This document shows, piece after piece, positions 1 to 9,223 of a DNA stretch of 64,000 bases. Source of the stretch: a virus; the IMG/VR virus record IMGVR_UViG_3300031551_000001, positions 17,886 to 81,885 of that record. The stretch is one strand, 5' to 3'. A model generated the notes under the pieces. The model did not search any database. It was not told where the DNA came from and saw nothing but the letters and a program-made list of their open reading frames with translations. The position numbers and the translations under genes are program-made. The number at the start of each line of letters is the position of its first letter. The stretch's first letter is position 1.

Positions 1-134
1 TCAATATCTTTTACAAGATTTATTTTTGGTAATGATTCCCAGTCTACAGAAAAAACATTCATCCCATAAGAATCTGCCACATTCCCAATTGATCTATTTC
101 CAGCGAATAATTCAAGTATATTTTTTATTTCCAT
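1..134 (-). CDS. DNA cytosine methyltransferase-like protein, N-terminal part (runs off window)
   Basis: Not in ORF track. ATG at 134 reads MEIKNILELFAGNRSIGNVADSYGMNVFSVD; LELFAG is a C5-MTase-type motif I. Overlaps the stop of the upstream GT gene. Confidence 0.7.
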   Translation of the reverse strand, partial: MEIKNILELFAGNRSIGNVADSYGMNVFSVDWESLPKINLVKDI

Positions 135-3013
135 TGTTCTATATATTCTAATAATTGTTCTTTATTCATCTTAACAGACTTCTCGTATTCTTCTACATTT
201 TTTTGATAATGAGGATGAAATTTAGAGCTGTTAACACCCTGATAATGCCATAAATGGTATAGCTTACCAGGAATAGTATGTATGATGTATCCTAACTCTT
301 TGAAGCGGTGGTAAAGTTCTATGTCCTCAAGCCCCCACGACATGAAAAGTTCATTTTCCCCTCCGGCCTCTAAATACTTTAACCTGTTAAAGAGTATCAT
401 TCCTCCCAGGCTCTTAACTGACGACTGCCCAGATCTAAAACTAAAATCCTTCTTCATCATGGTAGAATCATTTTTATCCATCTTTACAAATTCATCGAAT
501 GGATATACTACGTCTGCTTTGTTTATAGATATGGTTTCTATGGCGTCTTCCAGTTGCTGTTCAGGAATTATAACGTCAGCGTCACATACTACTATTATGT
601 CGCTTCCAGAAGCTTTAGCCATTTCATTTAACATTTTAGTCCTGTGAAAATCAGGTATGTCAAACTCCATATAAGTACATTTGTCTTTTAGATATTCGAA
701 ATATCCTTTTCCCCTTTGTAACTGTTCTCCAATAATTATATCTGAGTATGCCGTAGACTCCAAATAGTTTATTACCGTGTCTAAATTCTTCTTTCGCATA
801 GCACCATCATAGAACAGTGGTATAAGGAATGTAACAGATACATCTGATAAGTCTTTGTATTCTGTGTTGCATGTTACATACTCCCTTATTTCTGCTGAAG
901 AGTATAGATTGTATTTTACTTTTAAGTTAGTCAGTATGCTTTGATCGTGCCTATGATCTATGAACCCTTTGTGGAATTCAGGATTTGGTTGGTCCATTAA
1001 TATCTCACCACCATTATATGCACACCATTCAAGCCATTCTGTCATTATCCACATTGTCCTTTCAGACTTCTTACACACAATTATACCAGCCTCCATCTGT
1101 GGTTGGTCAAAGTATTTCTTCTCCATGCAATCCATCTTCTCAAAACACAACTTCTTAGTGTATGTAATGTTTGGATGACATCCATCAGTCAGGAGTATAT
1201 CTAATCCCTGCATTTTTTGCAGTAAAAAGTCCCTGTAATCTCCGCTTATTATATCCCCACTATCCATGTAAAGTAATATGTCACCATCATCCATGGTGTT
1301 AAGTGTAGCTATGATGAAGTAAGGCTTCCACAGCCAGTATCCACCACCCCTTTTCTTATTCAATATTGAAGCATACTTCTTGTAAAACTCTGAGGCAGTG
1401 AGGTGTGATCTTGTAATTTGATATGTTTTATCAACCATGCCCGAAGTAGTTACCCTGTTTATGAGTTTATCTTGTTGTGGTTTATAATTATCGTCTGCAT
1501 AGCAAAGGAACACTACTTTACGCTTTTCAAACTTAACCCTGTCTTGCAGTTGTTTTTTACTTAGTGTTTTTATGTGTTTTAGTTCTTGCTTCCCCTGTTG
1601 GAAAAAAGGATTGAATATTGTGCTTATTGATGTGCAGTGGTGATTGAGATGATATAATCCTCCTTTTGTTCTTCCTACTTTATACCCTAATCTTCTAAAT
1701 CTATCATACCTTTCTGCATCTTCTGGAGCATACGCTATAAACATTTCGTTCTCTCCACCTGCAGATATAAATGATTTCTTGTTGTACCCAATGGCTCCAC
1801 CCACGCTTTTATCATCTTTACCAACAAAGTCTATCCCGGATAACACCCCCACATCCCCACACTTAACCATATCAATATATTTTCTATTCCTGGCATATAC
1901 TCCGTCTCCTACTCTTAAGAAGGCTCCATTGTAAGGATAAACAAAGTCATACCCATTTCTTAGCATTTTAACCATTTCGTACAGGTCAAAAGGAGATGTC
2001 AGAACATCAGCGTCCCAGTTAACAATGTATGGTGTGTTGGCTAAACTTGTCATTCTGTTTAACATCTTTGTCCTATGGAACTCCTTGTACGGAAATCTTA
2101 CGTACTTGTCTCCATAGTCTTTGAATTTACGGGTATGCTGTTCTCCTATGATTATGTTAGTGTCGAAGCATTTCCTTAAAAAGTTAATAGATATTTTAAG
2201 GTTCTCACGCCTGTCCATATGGTCGTATCGTACAGGAATAATGAATGTTGTATCTTTCAGATCTGTTTTATAATCATCATGGCATATCCATTCCGGTTCC
2301 CAGAAGTCTTTTTCGTTATGTGTTTTGGCTAGTGGACCTGAGAATATCTTTGGAGGTCTGATGCATTTCTTACTGTTAGCCAGGAAAGCACCCCACCAAG
2401 AGAAACTGCTATTAGCCAATATATGATTCTCACACCCAGCCATAATAGCTATATCTTGCATTGGCGTTCTTTCTTCTATTATGTATTGTTTCCCCTTAAA
2501 GTGAATCTTAGCATATTCTACATCGTCTGTGCAAATGTAAAACTTGTATTTGGGATCGTTAAAGTATTTTACTATGGCTGATAGGTAGTATTCTGGGGGG
2601 AGGTTTATGTAGTTTGGATTGTTTATGTAGTCTCCTCTCCTTATGTGAATAGCAACAGTGTTGTCTCCAAGATAATCTGCAGACTTGGGCTTAAACCATT
2701 TGCGTATATCTTCTTTAATATTTTCCCAATACTTATATGATTGAAAAGTTCCAGTTAAATTAACCACACCTACATTAATATTATCTAATAAGGCAGGGTC
2801 ATAATGAAAATATTTTTCTATTATTTCTACATCAGGAGTTACGTCTTTGTAAAATTCTTCTGGTAAATTTAATTGATATCTATATTTCCAATCTGTTATA
2901 ATGGCTGGTTTGGATTTATATTTATAAGCTTGGCCAATAACACATGCGGCCTCTAGCATATTGTTAGCCAATCGACCATATGTATTTAATTTTTTGAATG
3001 TGATATATTCCAT
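125..3013 (-). CDS. Four-domain glycosyltransferase fusion: GT11 alpha-1,2-fucosyltransferase + GT-A (GT2/GT7-like) + DXD-type transferase + second GT-A
   Basis: GT11 motifs GRLAN, HIRRGDY, NSSFSWW. Two paralogous domains share FHRTKMLN, DADV, GGENE.F and ED...LYHL.H. Middle domain has GYWLWKP, YMDSGD, HRHDQS. Confidence 0.88.
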   Translation of the reverse strand: MEYITFKKLNTYGRLANNMLEAACVIGQAYKYKSKPAIITDWKYRYQLNLPEEFYKDVTPDVEIIEKYFHYDPALLDNINVGVVNLTGTFQSYKYWENIKEDIRKWFKPKSADYLGDNTVAIHIRRGDYINNPNYINLPPEYYLSAIVKYFNDPKYKFYICTDDVEYAKIHFKGKQYIIEERTPMQDIAIMAGCENHILANSSFSWWGAFLANSKKCIRPPKIFSGPLAKTHNEKDFWEPEWICHDDYKTDLKDTTFIIPVRYDHMDRRENLKISINFLRKCFDTNIIIGEQHTRKFKDYGDKYVRFPYKEFHRTKMLNRMTSLANTPYIVNWDADVLTSPFDLYEMVKMLRNGYDFVYPYNGAFLRVGDGVYARNRKYIDMVKCGDVGVLSGIDFVGKDDKSVGGAIGYNKKSFISAGGENEMFIAYAPEDAERYDRFRRLGYKVGRTKGGLYHLNHHCTSISTIFNPFFQQGKQELKHIKTLSKKQLQDRVKFEKRKVVFLCYADDNYKPQQDKLINRVTTSGMVDKTYQITRSHLTASEFYKKYASILNKKRGGGYWLWKPYFIIATLNTMDDGDILLYMDSGDIISGDYRDFLLQKMQGLDILLTDGCHPNITYTKKLCFEKMDCMEKKYFDQPQMEAGIIVCKKSERTMWIMTEWLEWCAYNGGEILMDQPNPEFHKGFIDHRHDQSILTNLKVKYNLYSSAEIREYVTCNTEYKDLSDVSVTFLIPLFYDGAMRKKNLDTVINYLESTAYSDIIIGEQLQRGKGYFEYLKDKCTYMEFDIPDFHRTKMLNEMAKASGSDIIVVCDADVIIPEQQLEDAIETISINKADVVYPFDEFVKMDKNDSTMMKKDFSFRSGQSSVKSLGGMILFNRLKYLEAGGENELFMSWGLEDIELYHRFKELGYIIHTIPGKLYHLWHYQGVNSSKFHPHYQKNVEEYEKSVKMNKEQLLEYIEQWK

Positions 3014-3034
3014 AAAATGTATAGTAGAATTATC

Positions 3035-3682
3035 CTAATCCAGTTTATTCTTAAAATATTTATGAGCTAAATGATAGTCAACATCATTAAACGCCACATC
3101 GCTGTATCCTGCCATATGATCTACTGGCCAAGGAATAAGTGCTAAACAATTAAATACAGGATGTACCTTCAAAGCATAGAACTCGTCAATCCCATAAGTG
3201 TATGTTGCGTTTTCAATGATATAGTCATATAAATTATCGGCAATAATATAAGCATATGTGCCAGAAATTTGATTGGCTTTATAAACGTATGGATTGTCTG
3301 TGGGCGTTATGTCTTTGTCTGGAAATTCAAAATGTCCACCAAGATATAACATGTCAAAACCTCTGTCCACGGAATTCACTCTTTCTACGAAGTCCTCAGC
3401 TAACACTATATCATCCTCAAGAACAACAATATACTTGTATTGTTTTTCCTTAGCATGTTTGATGAGGCTTACATGAGACATTAAGCACCCTAATATTCCT
3501 TGTGCGTTACGTTCTCCATATTTCCTACTGTCTTCCGGTACTTCGAGGGTTCTACCATCTGTAGCTTCCCACCTGGTAAACGTTAGTCCAAGATTATCTA
3601 GTTTGGTTTTCATGTCGTTTAACCTATCTGTACGATGAGGAAGATTAACAACGAATATTGGTATGTCAGCTATTTTAATCAT
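3035..3682 (-). CDS. Glycosyltransferase family 25
   Basis: VVNLPHRTDR, GCLMSH, VLEDD and GTYAY motifs typical of GT25 (LgtB/Lex2B-like). Confidence 0.9.
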   Translation of the reverse strand: MIKIADIPIFVVNLPHRTDRLNDMKTKLDNLGLTFTRWEATDGRTLEVPEDSRKYGERNAQGILGCLMSHVSLIKHAKEKQYKYIVVLEDDIVLAEDFVERVNSVDRGFDMLYLGGHFEFPDKDITPTDNPYVYKANQISGTYAYIIADNLYDYIIENATYTYGIDEFYALKVHPVFNCLALIPWPVDHMAGYSDVAFNDVDYHLAHKYFKNKLD

Positions 3683-3803
3683 ATATGTGTGTTTTAAGGC
3701 TCATATGAGCGTTTGTGACAGCTTTAGATTCAAAGTTAAGGTTTTTGTTGTCTTTTATATTATATCGCCCTCAGCGTCCTCTGAGGAAGCCACAGGGTAT
3801 AAA

Positions 3804-4526
3804 TTATCTTTGTTTGTTTGTGTCATATAACCATACATAATTAATATTAGGATAAAAAAAGTTCTTGCGTTCATACATAGACCTAAATCTTGCGTTATCA
3901 GTGACTAAACAATCTACGTTAATGTGTTTGTTTCTTTTCAGGGCAGATGCTAATGAATGTCCACCAGAATTAAGACATATATACCTCTTGCATGAAGATA
4001 TGTAATTACATAACTCATATATATTGTTTACCGTGATAGTATCATTTACGTATATTCTGTCACTGCATATCTTTTCTCCTACTATCTGCACTAAACCTCC
4101 CCCCCCCTGCTTATCCAAGTATTCTTGTAAAACATTCTCATCATAGTCTCCTTCTCTTTTACTTGTTTTACATGACATGTCTACGAGTGTGATATCGGAT
4201 AGTTCTGGGCAAAGGACAGGTTGATAATATATTATCGGATAATCATTTGTATAAGGTAAAAAATTTGCAATCTCCCAATTGCCAATAAAGGATCCACATA
4301 CGTTCTTTGGTTCACGTCCTATTATTTCTCCACAGTTTCCGGGTTTATCCATCTTACCTTTAACAAATGGACTTAACCCCCACACCAACTCATATACTTC
4401 ATCACTGCATGGAGTCTCTGCACTTATGTACACATCGTATCCCTGTTGGTGGAATAATGATGGTAAAGTACTGTGCTGTAAGCTATCACCAAGTCCATCA
4501 TGCCACGATCTAATTATTTTGTCCAT
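3804..4526 (-). CDS. Putative GT-B (GT9-like) glycosyltransferase
   Basis: N-terminal GLGD.LQ.S.LP and C-terminal ICLNSGGHSLA resemble GT9 GD and DSG..H motifs; cluster context. Confidence 0.55.
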   Translation of the reverse strand: MDKIIRSWHDGLGDSLQHSTLPSLFHQQGYDVYISAETPCSDEVYELVWGLSPFVKGKMDKPGNCGEIIGREPKNVCGSFIGNWEIANFLPYTNDYPIIYYQPVLCPELSDITLVDMSCKTSKREGDYDENVLQEYLDKQGGGGLVQIVGEKICSDRIYVNDTITVNNIYELCNYISSCKRYICLNSGGHSLASALKRNKHINVDCLVTDNARFRSMYERKNFFYPNINYVWLYDTNKQR

Positions 4527-5086
4527 ATCCCGTAGCTACATTGATGAGTATGAAAGTCATGTATCCCTTGTCCTGCCTCATAATATTGAACACAATCTCC
4601 GAAATGTCCTATAAAGAAGCCCATAGTAAATTCATGGTGATGAGCTTTATCTTTTCCGGCTTCTATTGGTTCAAAGAAACGAATTATTTTAGAAGCTTTT
4701 TTTGCCTTGTCAATAATGATGTTAGGGTCTAACACGTGTTGAAGAACGTTCATTAACCACACCTCATCTACTTTAGGAAAGTCTATTTCTTCTGCTGGTT
4801 TTGTTAATAGAGTGAATCCGGCTTTATCACATGTGTTTCGTAGTAATGATGATGGCATGGGTTCTATTATGTAGCAGTTACCGTGGTTATGACAGTAATC
4901 TAAGGCAGAAAAATCTGCTGGTCCTATCTCTATTATGTCCTTCTCCTGCAGGTCTGGATTTATTTGTAGGTAGTGGAAGTAGTTTCTGTAAGAATTTTTG
5001 TAGTGTTTTCTTCCTTCTATCTCGTCAAAGATATGATGTCTACGTTCCTCTATTTGTCCTAATTCCCATTTACTTCTTTCTATCAT
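4514..5086 (-). CDS. Class I SAM-dependent methyltransferase
   Basis: IIEIGPA, IEP and NVLQHV.DP motifs. Start refined to ATG 5086 (ATGA overlap). Confidence 0.8.
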   Translation of the reverse strand: MIERSKWELGQIEERRHHIFDEIEGRKHYKNSYRNYFHYLQINPDLQEKDIIEIGPADFSALDYCHNHGNCYIIEPMPSSLLRNTCDKAGFTLLTKPAEEIDFPKVDEVWLMNVLQHVLDPNIIIDKAKKASKIIRFFEPIEAGKDKAHHHEFTMGFFIGHFGDCVQYYEAGQGIHDFHTHQCSYGIWTK

Positions 5087-5175
5087 TTTATTTCCCATTT
5101 ATGATAAGCGTGTTCTTTTATTTGCCCTTCCTCCCATTGGCTTATGGGGACATCCTTAAATTCATTTTGTTTCAT
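5083..5175 (-). pseudogene. 30-aa remnant resembling the N-terminus of the adjacent methyltransferase
   Basis: MKQNEFKDVPISQWEEGQIKEHAYH vs MIERSKWELGQIEERRHH in the next gene; coupled by ATGA overlaps on both sides. Confidence 0.5.
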
Positions 5176-5789
5176 TTCTTTCTTTTTCTTAGCCATTTTG
5201 CAAGTGGATATGCGGGGTTGCAATCTGCATGATTATAATTATCACTAAAATATTCAGCAAACTCAATCATGTCCTTTTTATTAAATTGAGGTTTATTCTC
5301 TTTTATATATTGTTCAGCTTTTTCTTTTGATGAGAATATTTTATAATTATTAGAATAACGTGGCAATCTTGAAAAAAATACACTTTGCATTATATCATTA
5401 TCAATATTATTTGTATCTAAACAATAGAAAACTTGTCCATCACAAAGTTCTTTACCATCTTCTGTCTTTAAAGTTGGTTGTTTTTCTATTAATCTCGGGC
5501 CATAATCATTACCGCCGACTAACATGAAATTAATCGATTTAGTAAAATCTTTCCATTCCTTTTCTTCTAATTCGAATTTATCCTCTTCTATCTTTTCAAA
5601 CCATGATGGATGTTGGTTTAATAATAATTTTATTTTGAATTTATCATCTTCCAATATACAATATCTTCTATATTTTTTATCTATAAATGGATTGTCAATT
5701 ACTATATCTAAATTATCTTTAAAGGTAATTATTGCAAATTCTTGTATACCATACCAATCAAGATTATCTGTGATTACTTTATATTTCAT
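5172..5789 (-). CDS. Hypothetical phage protein
   Basis: 205-aa ORF, very AT-rich, coupled to neighbours. Confidence 0.7.
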   Translation of the reverse strand: MKYKVITDNLDWYGIQEFAIITFKDNLDIVIDNPFIDKKYRRYCILEDDKFKIKLLLNQHPSWFEKIEEDKFELEEKEWKDFTKSINFMLVGGNDYGPRLIEKQPTLKTEDGKELCDGQVFYCLDTNNIDNDIMQSVFFSRLPRYSNNYKIFSSKEKAEQYIKENKPQFNKKDMIEFAEYFSDNYNHADCNPAYPLAKWLRKRKK

Positions 5790-6114
5790 TGTTTATTATT
5801 TTTAATAAAAAAGACAAATTATTTTTATAAAGATATTTAATTCGTTGTTCTCTTTTTTCTAATTCTTCTTCTGAAATTTGTTTTTCTCTTCCATCGAGAT
5901 AATCATATCCATTATAATAATTGTATAAACCATAATCATTACAAACACTACCATTCCTAATTTTAAAATGCCCAATAATTTGTCCTTCTTTATATTTTAG
6001 TGGATGTTCTAATTTGTAATTTAATTCTTTTAACTTTTCATTTTCATTTTCTAATTTTGCGTTTTTTTCATGAAGACGATCAATAAGCCTTGTTTCTTCT
6101 GTTGCTTTTTTCAT
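5779..6114 (-). CDS. Hypothetical phage protein (N-terminal coiled coil)
   Basis: 111-aa ORF in the operon. Confidence 0.65.
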   Translation of the reverse strand: MKKATEETRLIDRLHEKNAKLENENEKLKELNYKLEHPLKYKEGQIIGHFKIRNGSVCNDYGLYNYYNGYDYLDGREKQISEEELEKREQRIKYLYKNNLSFLLKIINNEI

Positions 6115-6814
6115 TATTTTTAAGATTTAATATTTCGTTTCCGTTTATAAAGTTGCAATGATGAAATCCAAAATGTTTATTCACGTCAAAATAGAAGGGT
6201 TCTCTGTAATCATCCCCAAATTCACTACATCTGTTTTCGTAAGAAAATCTGTATGCGAGGTCTAATGGTGGAAATTTTATTTGATATTCCATACATTTTT
6301 CATAATTTATTGCCGTCAGAAAGATGTCTTCCCCCAAATACCCACATGTAATGAATTGATTGGAATATTCAAGGAACTTTCTACTTCTCAGAGAAAACCC
6401 CCCGTTGCCTATTCTGTTTTTAGAAATTGCTTTTCGTATAATATCTCGTTTATCTGGTGACTGATCTTGTATCCACTCTTCATCATCCGGCCAAGGGGCT
6501 CCAATATAATCATACTTCAAAAACTCATCTGTCCACATATCTGGGTTCACAACATATCCATCTGACTGGATGACAAGCACATAATCATTATCTATATACT
6601 CTATTAAGTTAAGCATAAAATTGTTGTACATCAGGACAGAGGAGAGGTGCGGAATCGCTATCTTTTCCACCCCCTCATATACTCTGTCTGTGCTTGATAA
6701 AAGAACAATCCTCCCAAAATTTATATCTTTTGATGAATATCTGAGTGCTGCTACAGCATCATCTGGACAATCGCAATTTACAGCTACAAGGGCTATTTTA
6801 TCTTCCCTTTTCAT
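6080..6814 (-). CDS. DUF5672 family glycosyltransferase-like protein
   Basis: VIQSDG, YDYIGAPW, GNGGFSLRS, ED and FGFH motifs. Start refined to ATG 6814. Confidence 0.85.
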   Translation of the reverse strand: MKREDKIALVAVNCDCPDDAVAALRYSSKDINFGRIVLLSSTDRVYEGVEKIAIPHLSSVLMYNNFMLNLIEYIDNDYVLVIQSDGYVVNPDMWTDEFLKYDYIGAPWPDDEEWIQDQSPDKRDIIRKAISKNRIGNGGFSLRSRKFLEYSNQFITCGYLGEDIFLTAINYEKCMEYQIKFPPLDLAYRFSYENRCSEFGDDYREPFYFDVNKHFGFHHCNFINGNEILNLKNNEKSNRRNKAY

Positions 6815-7493
6815 CTGGGTACAAATTTTTAACCAAATCACTTTGCCAAAATTCTTTAGTATCTATATTTATTAAGGTTAATTTCCCTTCCCATCCAGCA
6901 CCTTGATCAATATTCCATAAATTACGAATATGTACAGGACTTAAATCACTTTTAGTTCTTGATGTTGTTGTGTGACCAATATAAATTTCATCATAATCTT
7001 TTACCTCAAAAATAGGAGAAAATAGATAAGACCAAAATAAATCTCTGTCCCATGTTAAATCATATATAGATTGCTTAGAAATATCCTTCACTAAAGAAAA
7101 ACCTCCATGAACAAACAATTTATTATCTTTTGTTATATAATAAGGTTTCGCATTCTCAAGAAATTTCTCATGTTTTTGTTCATAATTTGAATCTTGTACT
7201 CTATAATAAGCATTTAAAGTGGCTTCTCCTCCTTGGGACGTCCATATTCTTGGTTTATTATAAGTTTTGAAATAATCCAGCAACCACCGATCATGATTTC
7301 CTAAAATATAAATTAGATTTTTAAACTTCATAAGTTCTTCAAAACATTCAGGAACTTGGCTCCATCCATCAGCTACATCCCCCAAGCTTATTAATAAATC
7401 ATTATCGTAATCTATCCCTGATTTTTCAATAACCTGCATTAGCGCTTTATATGCACCATGAATATCTCCCAAACAAAATCTTTTTATTTCCAT
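6798..7493 (-). CDS. Calcineurin-like metallophosphoesterase (lambda NinI / PrpA-type Ser/Thr phosphatase)
   Basis: GDIHG, GDVADG, GNHD, HGG, WDR, GHT and IDQG motifs. Confidence 0.9.
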   Translation of the reverse strand: MEIKRFCLGDIHGAYKALMQVIEKSGIDYDNDLLISLGDVADGWSQVPECFEELMKFKNLIYILGNHDRWLLDYFKTYNKPRIWTSQGGEATLNAYYRVQDSNYEQKHEKFLENAKPYYITKDNKLFVHGGFSLVKDISKQSIYDLTWDRDLFWSYLFSPIFEVKDYDEIYIGHTTTSRTKSDLSPVHIRNLWNIDQGAGWEGKLTLINIDTKEFWQSDLVKNLYPDEKGR

Positions 7494-8470
7494 ATTGTAG
7501 GTAAATTTTTATATACCTCTATGTTCGTAAATTCTTTCGATTCTTCAATTTCCTGAGTATTTGCCCATTCAACCATTTTGTTAATTCCGTCCCATATCTG
7601 TGTTTTATTTATAGAAGGAAAATGCTTCTTGATCTTATCAATAGAACAATATGCATTATGCACTTCATTTCTTGCTTTAACATGCATTATTTGTTGATGA
7701 GACCCCATAGCACGCTTTACCATTTCTGCTATATCGTTTACAGAATATGTCTTTTCTGCTCCTATGTTAAAAGTTTTATTATACATTTCAGGTTTAAAAG
7801 CAGATTGAGCTATTTTAGGGGCTATGTCCCCTATAAATGAAAATGCTCTTGTCTGAGTGCCGTCTCCGAACACGGTCAATGGCTTATCAGAAAGAATTTG
7901 ATTAATAAAAATACCAAGAACATTTCTATATTTATCGTTGAGTCGTTGTCTTGGCCCGTAAATATTGTATGGGCGAAAGATAATGTAATCAAGACCAAAC
8001 ATTTTATTGGCTGCTATTATATCAAGTTCTGTGGCATATTTAGCTATACCGTATGGGTCTATGGGTTGTGGTTGTGTTTCTTCTGTAAACGGTGGTTCTG
8101 CATCTCCATAACAAGCTATTGAACTAAAAAAGATAAGTTTTGCTTCATGTTTTATGCATTCATTGATAATATTCATAGAACCTACTACATTGTTGGTATA
8201 ATTGAAATTGCGTATAAAATGAGAGAGCCCTTCGGCAGCATAAGCAGCCAAATGAAATACATATTCGAATTTATAGTCTACGAACATCCAGCTCATTTGC
8301 CTTTTGTCATTGACTGTCATCTGGTAAAAATGAGACTTCCTGTTTATATTGTTCGTGCTTCCCCCGCTTAAATTATCCACGACATAAACATCATGTTTGA
8401 GATTTATGAGTTCGTCAACTATATGAGAACCAATAAACCCTAAACCTCCGGTTACAAGTATATTACTCAT
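7484..8470 (-). CDS. NAD-dependent epimerase/dehydratase (UDP-sugar 4-epimerase-like extended SDR)
   Basis: TGGLGFIG, HLAA, SS, YGIAK (YxxxK), NIYGP and GDGTQTR motifs. Confidence 0.93.
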   Translation of the reverse strand: MSNILVTGGLGFIGSHIVDELINLKHDVYVVDNLSGGSTNNINRKSHFYQMTVNDKRQMSWMFVDYKFEYVFHLAAYAAEGLSHFIRNFNYTNNVVGSMNIINECIKHEAKLIFFSSIACYGDAEPPFTEETQPQPIDPYGIAKYATELDIIAANKMFGLDYIIFRPYNIYGPRQRLNDKYRNVLGIFINQILSDKPLTVFGDGTQTRAFSFIGDIAPKIAQSAFKPEMYNKTFNIGAEKTYSVNDIAEMVKRAMGSHQQIMHVKARNEVHNAYCSIDKIKKHFPSINKTQIWDGINKMVEWANTQEIEESKEFTNIEVYKNLPTIWK

Positions 8471-8613
8471 TTTCTAATTATTTTAGGTTTATAAACCAAG
8501 AATAATTTATCACAATAAACACACCTAGAATAAATACAACCACTCCACACATCCATTTCCCATGTAAGTTTTGGTTTGTGAAAACCAAATAAACATTTAA
8601 TCTTTCTAAACAT
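8467..8613 (-). CDS. Small Zn-ribbon phage protein (DUF1660-like), 48 aa
   Basis: MFRKIKCLFGFHK...CVYC; stop overlaps the epimerase ATG (ATGA). Below the ORF-track cutoff. Confidence 0.65.
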   Translation of the reverse strand: MFRKIKCLFGFHKPKLTWEMDVWSGCIYSRCVYCDKLFLVYKPKIIRK

Positions 8614-8640
8614 TTTGGTTTTAAATCATCAATACCACTA

Positions 8641-8823
8641 TCAATATTTTTTAATGTCTTCATGAATAGTTTCATCTATGCTCTCTAAATATTCATCATA
8701 TAAACCCTCACTTAAACCTTCGCTAAAAAGAGCAAAACCAACATCCAAAATATTCAATACCCGATCTTTATTGAGATGTTTTTCGGTGAACTGCTTCATT
8801 ATATAGTAGCTATTCCAATGCAT
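8641..8823 (-). pseudogene. Truncated methyltransferase N-terminus fused to an unrelated acidic tail
   Basis: MHWNSYYIMKQF...LNILDVG resembles SAM motif I; similarity stops immediately afterwards. Confidence 0.5.
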
Positions 8824-9223
8824 TTTTTCTTAATAATTCTAAATTTTCGTAAATATTTCCAATTATTTCAATATCTTTAATCGAATATAATTCTGTAAAA
8901 TTAAATTCATTTCCATATAACGTATCGTTAGGTTTTCCCCTAAATGCCCCATTTTTGAAAATAATACTCCATACAGAATTTACCATTTTAGAAGCGTCAT
9001 TCTGAACAATATCACCTTCATAAATCTCTTTGCCTTGACGATCATGTAATCCAGTAAATTGCATTAAAATTGCATGTTTATTAGTAGGATAATTTTTATT
9101 TGGAGTTTCTTTTATTGGCCATATTCTTAAAAAAGACTCATCTGGCATTTGCATAATAGTTTGTACAAATACCATTCTTTTTTCATTTATTAGCCATGCC
9201 CTGAATTTAATTTCTCTATTCAT
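8810..9223 (-). CDS. YopX family phage protein
   Basis: REIKFRAW, LMQFTGLHDRQGKEIYEGDI and IIGNIYEN motifs. Confidence 0.93.
   Translation of the reverse strand: MNREIKFRAWLINEKRMVFVQTIMQMPDESFLRIWPIKETPNKNYPTNKHAILMQFTGLHDRQGKEIYEGDIVQNDASKMVNSVWSIIFKNGAFRGKPNDTLYGNEFNFTELYSIKDIEIIGNIYENLELLRKNALE

Noticed and set aside
5779-5793. TTATA-N7-GTT match resembling the att half-site
   Set aside because: Explained by the start-codon context of a gene in AT-rich DNA; no partner core or hairpin.
8478-8675. 65-aa ORF from the track
   Set aside because: The alternative frame 8467-8613 gives a Zn-ribbon protein coupled to the next gene.
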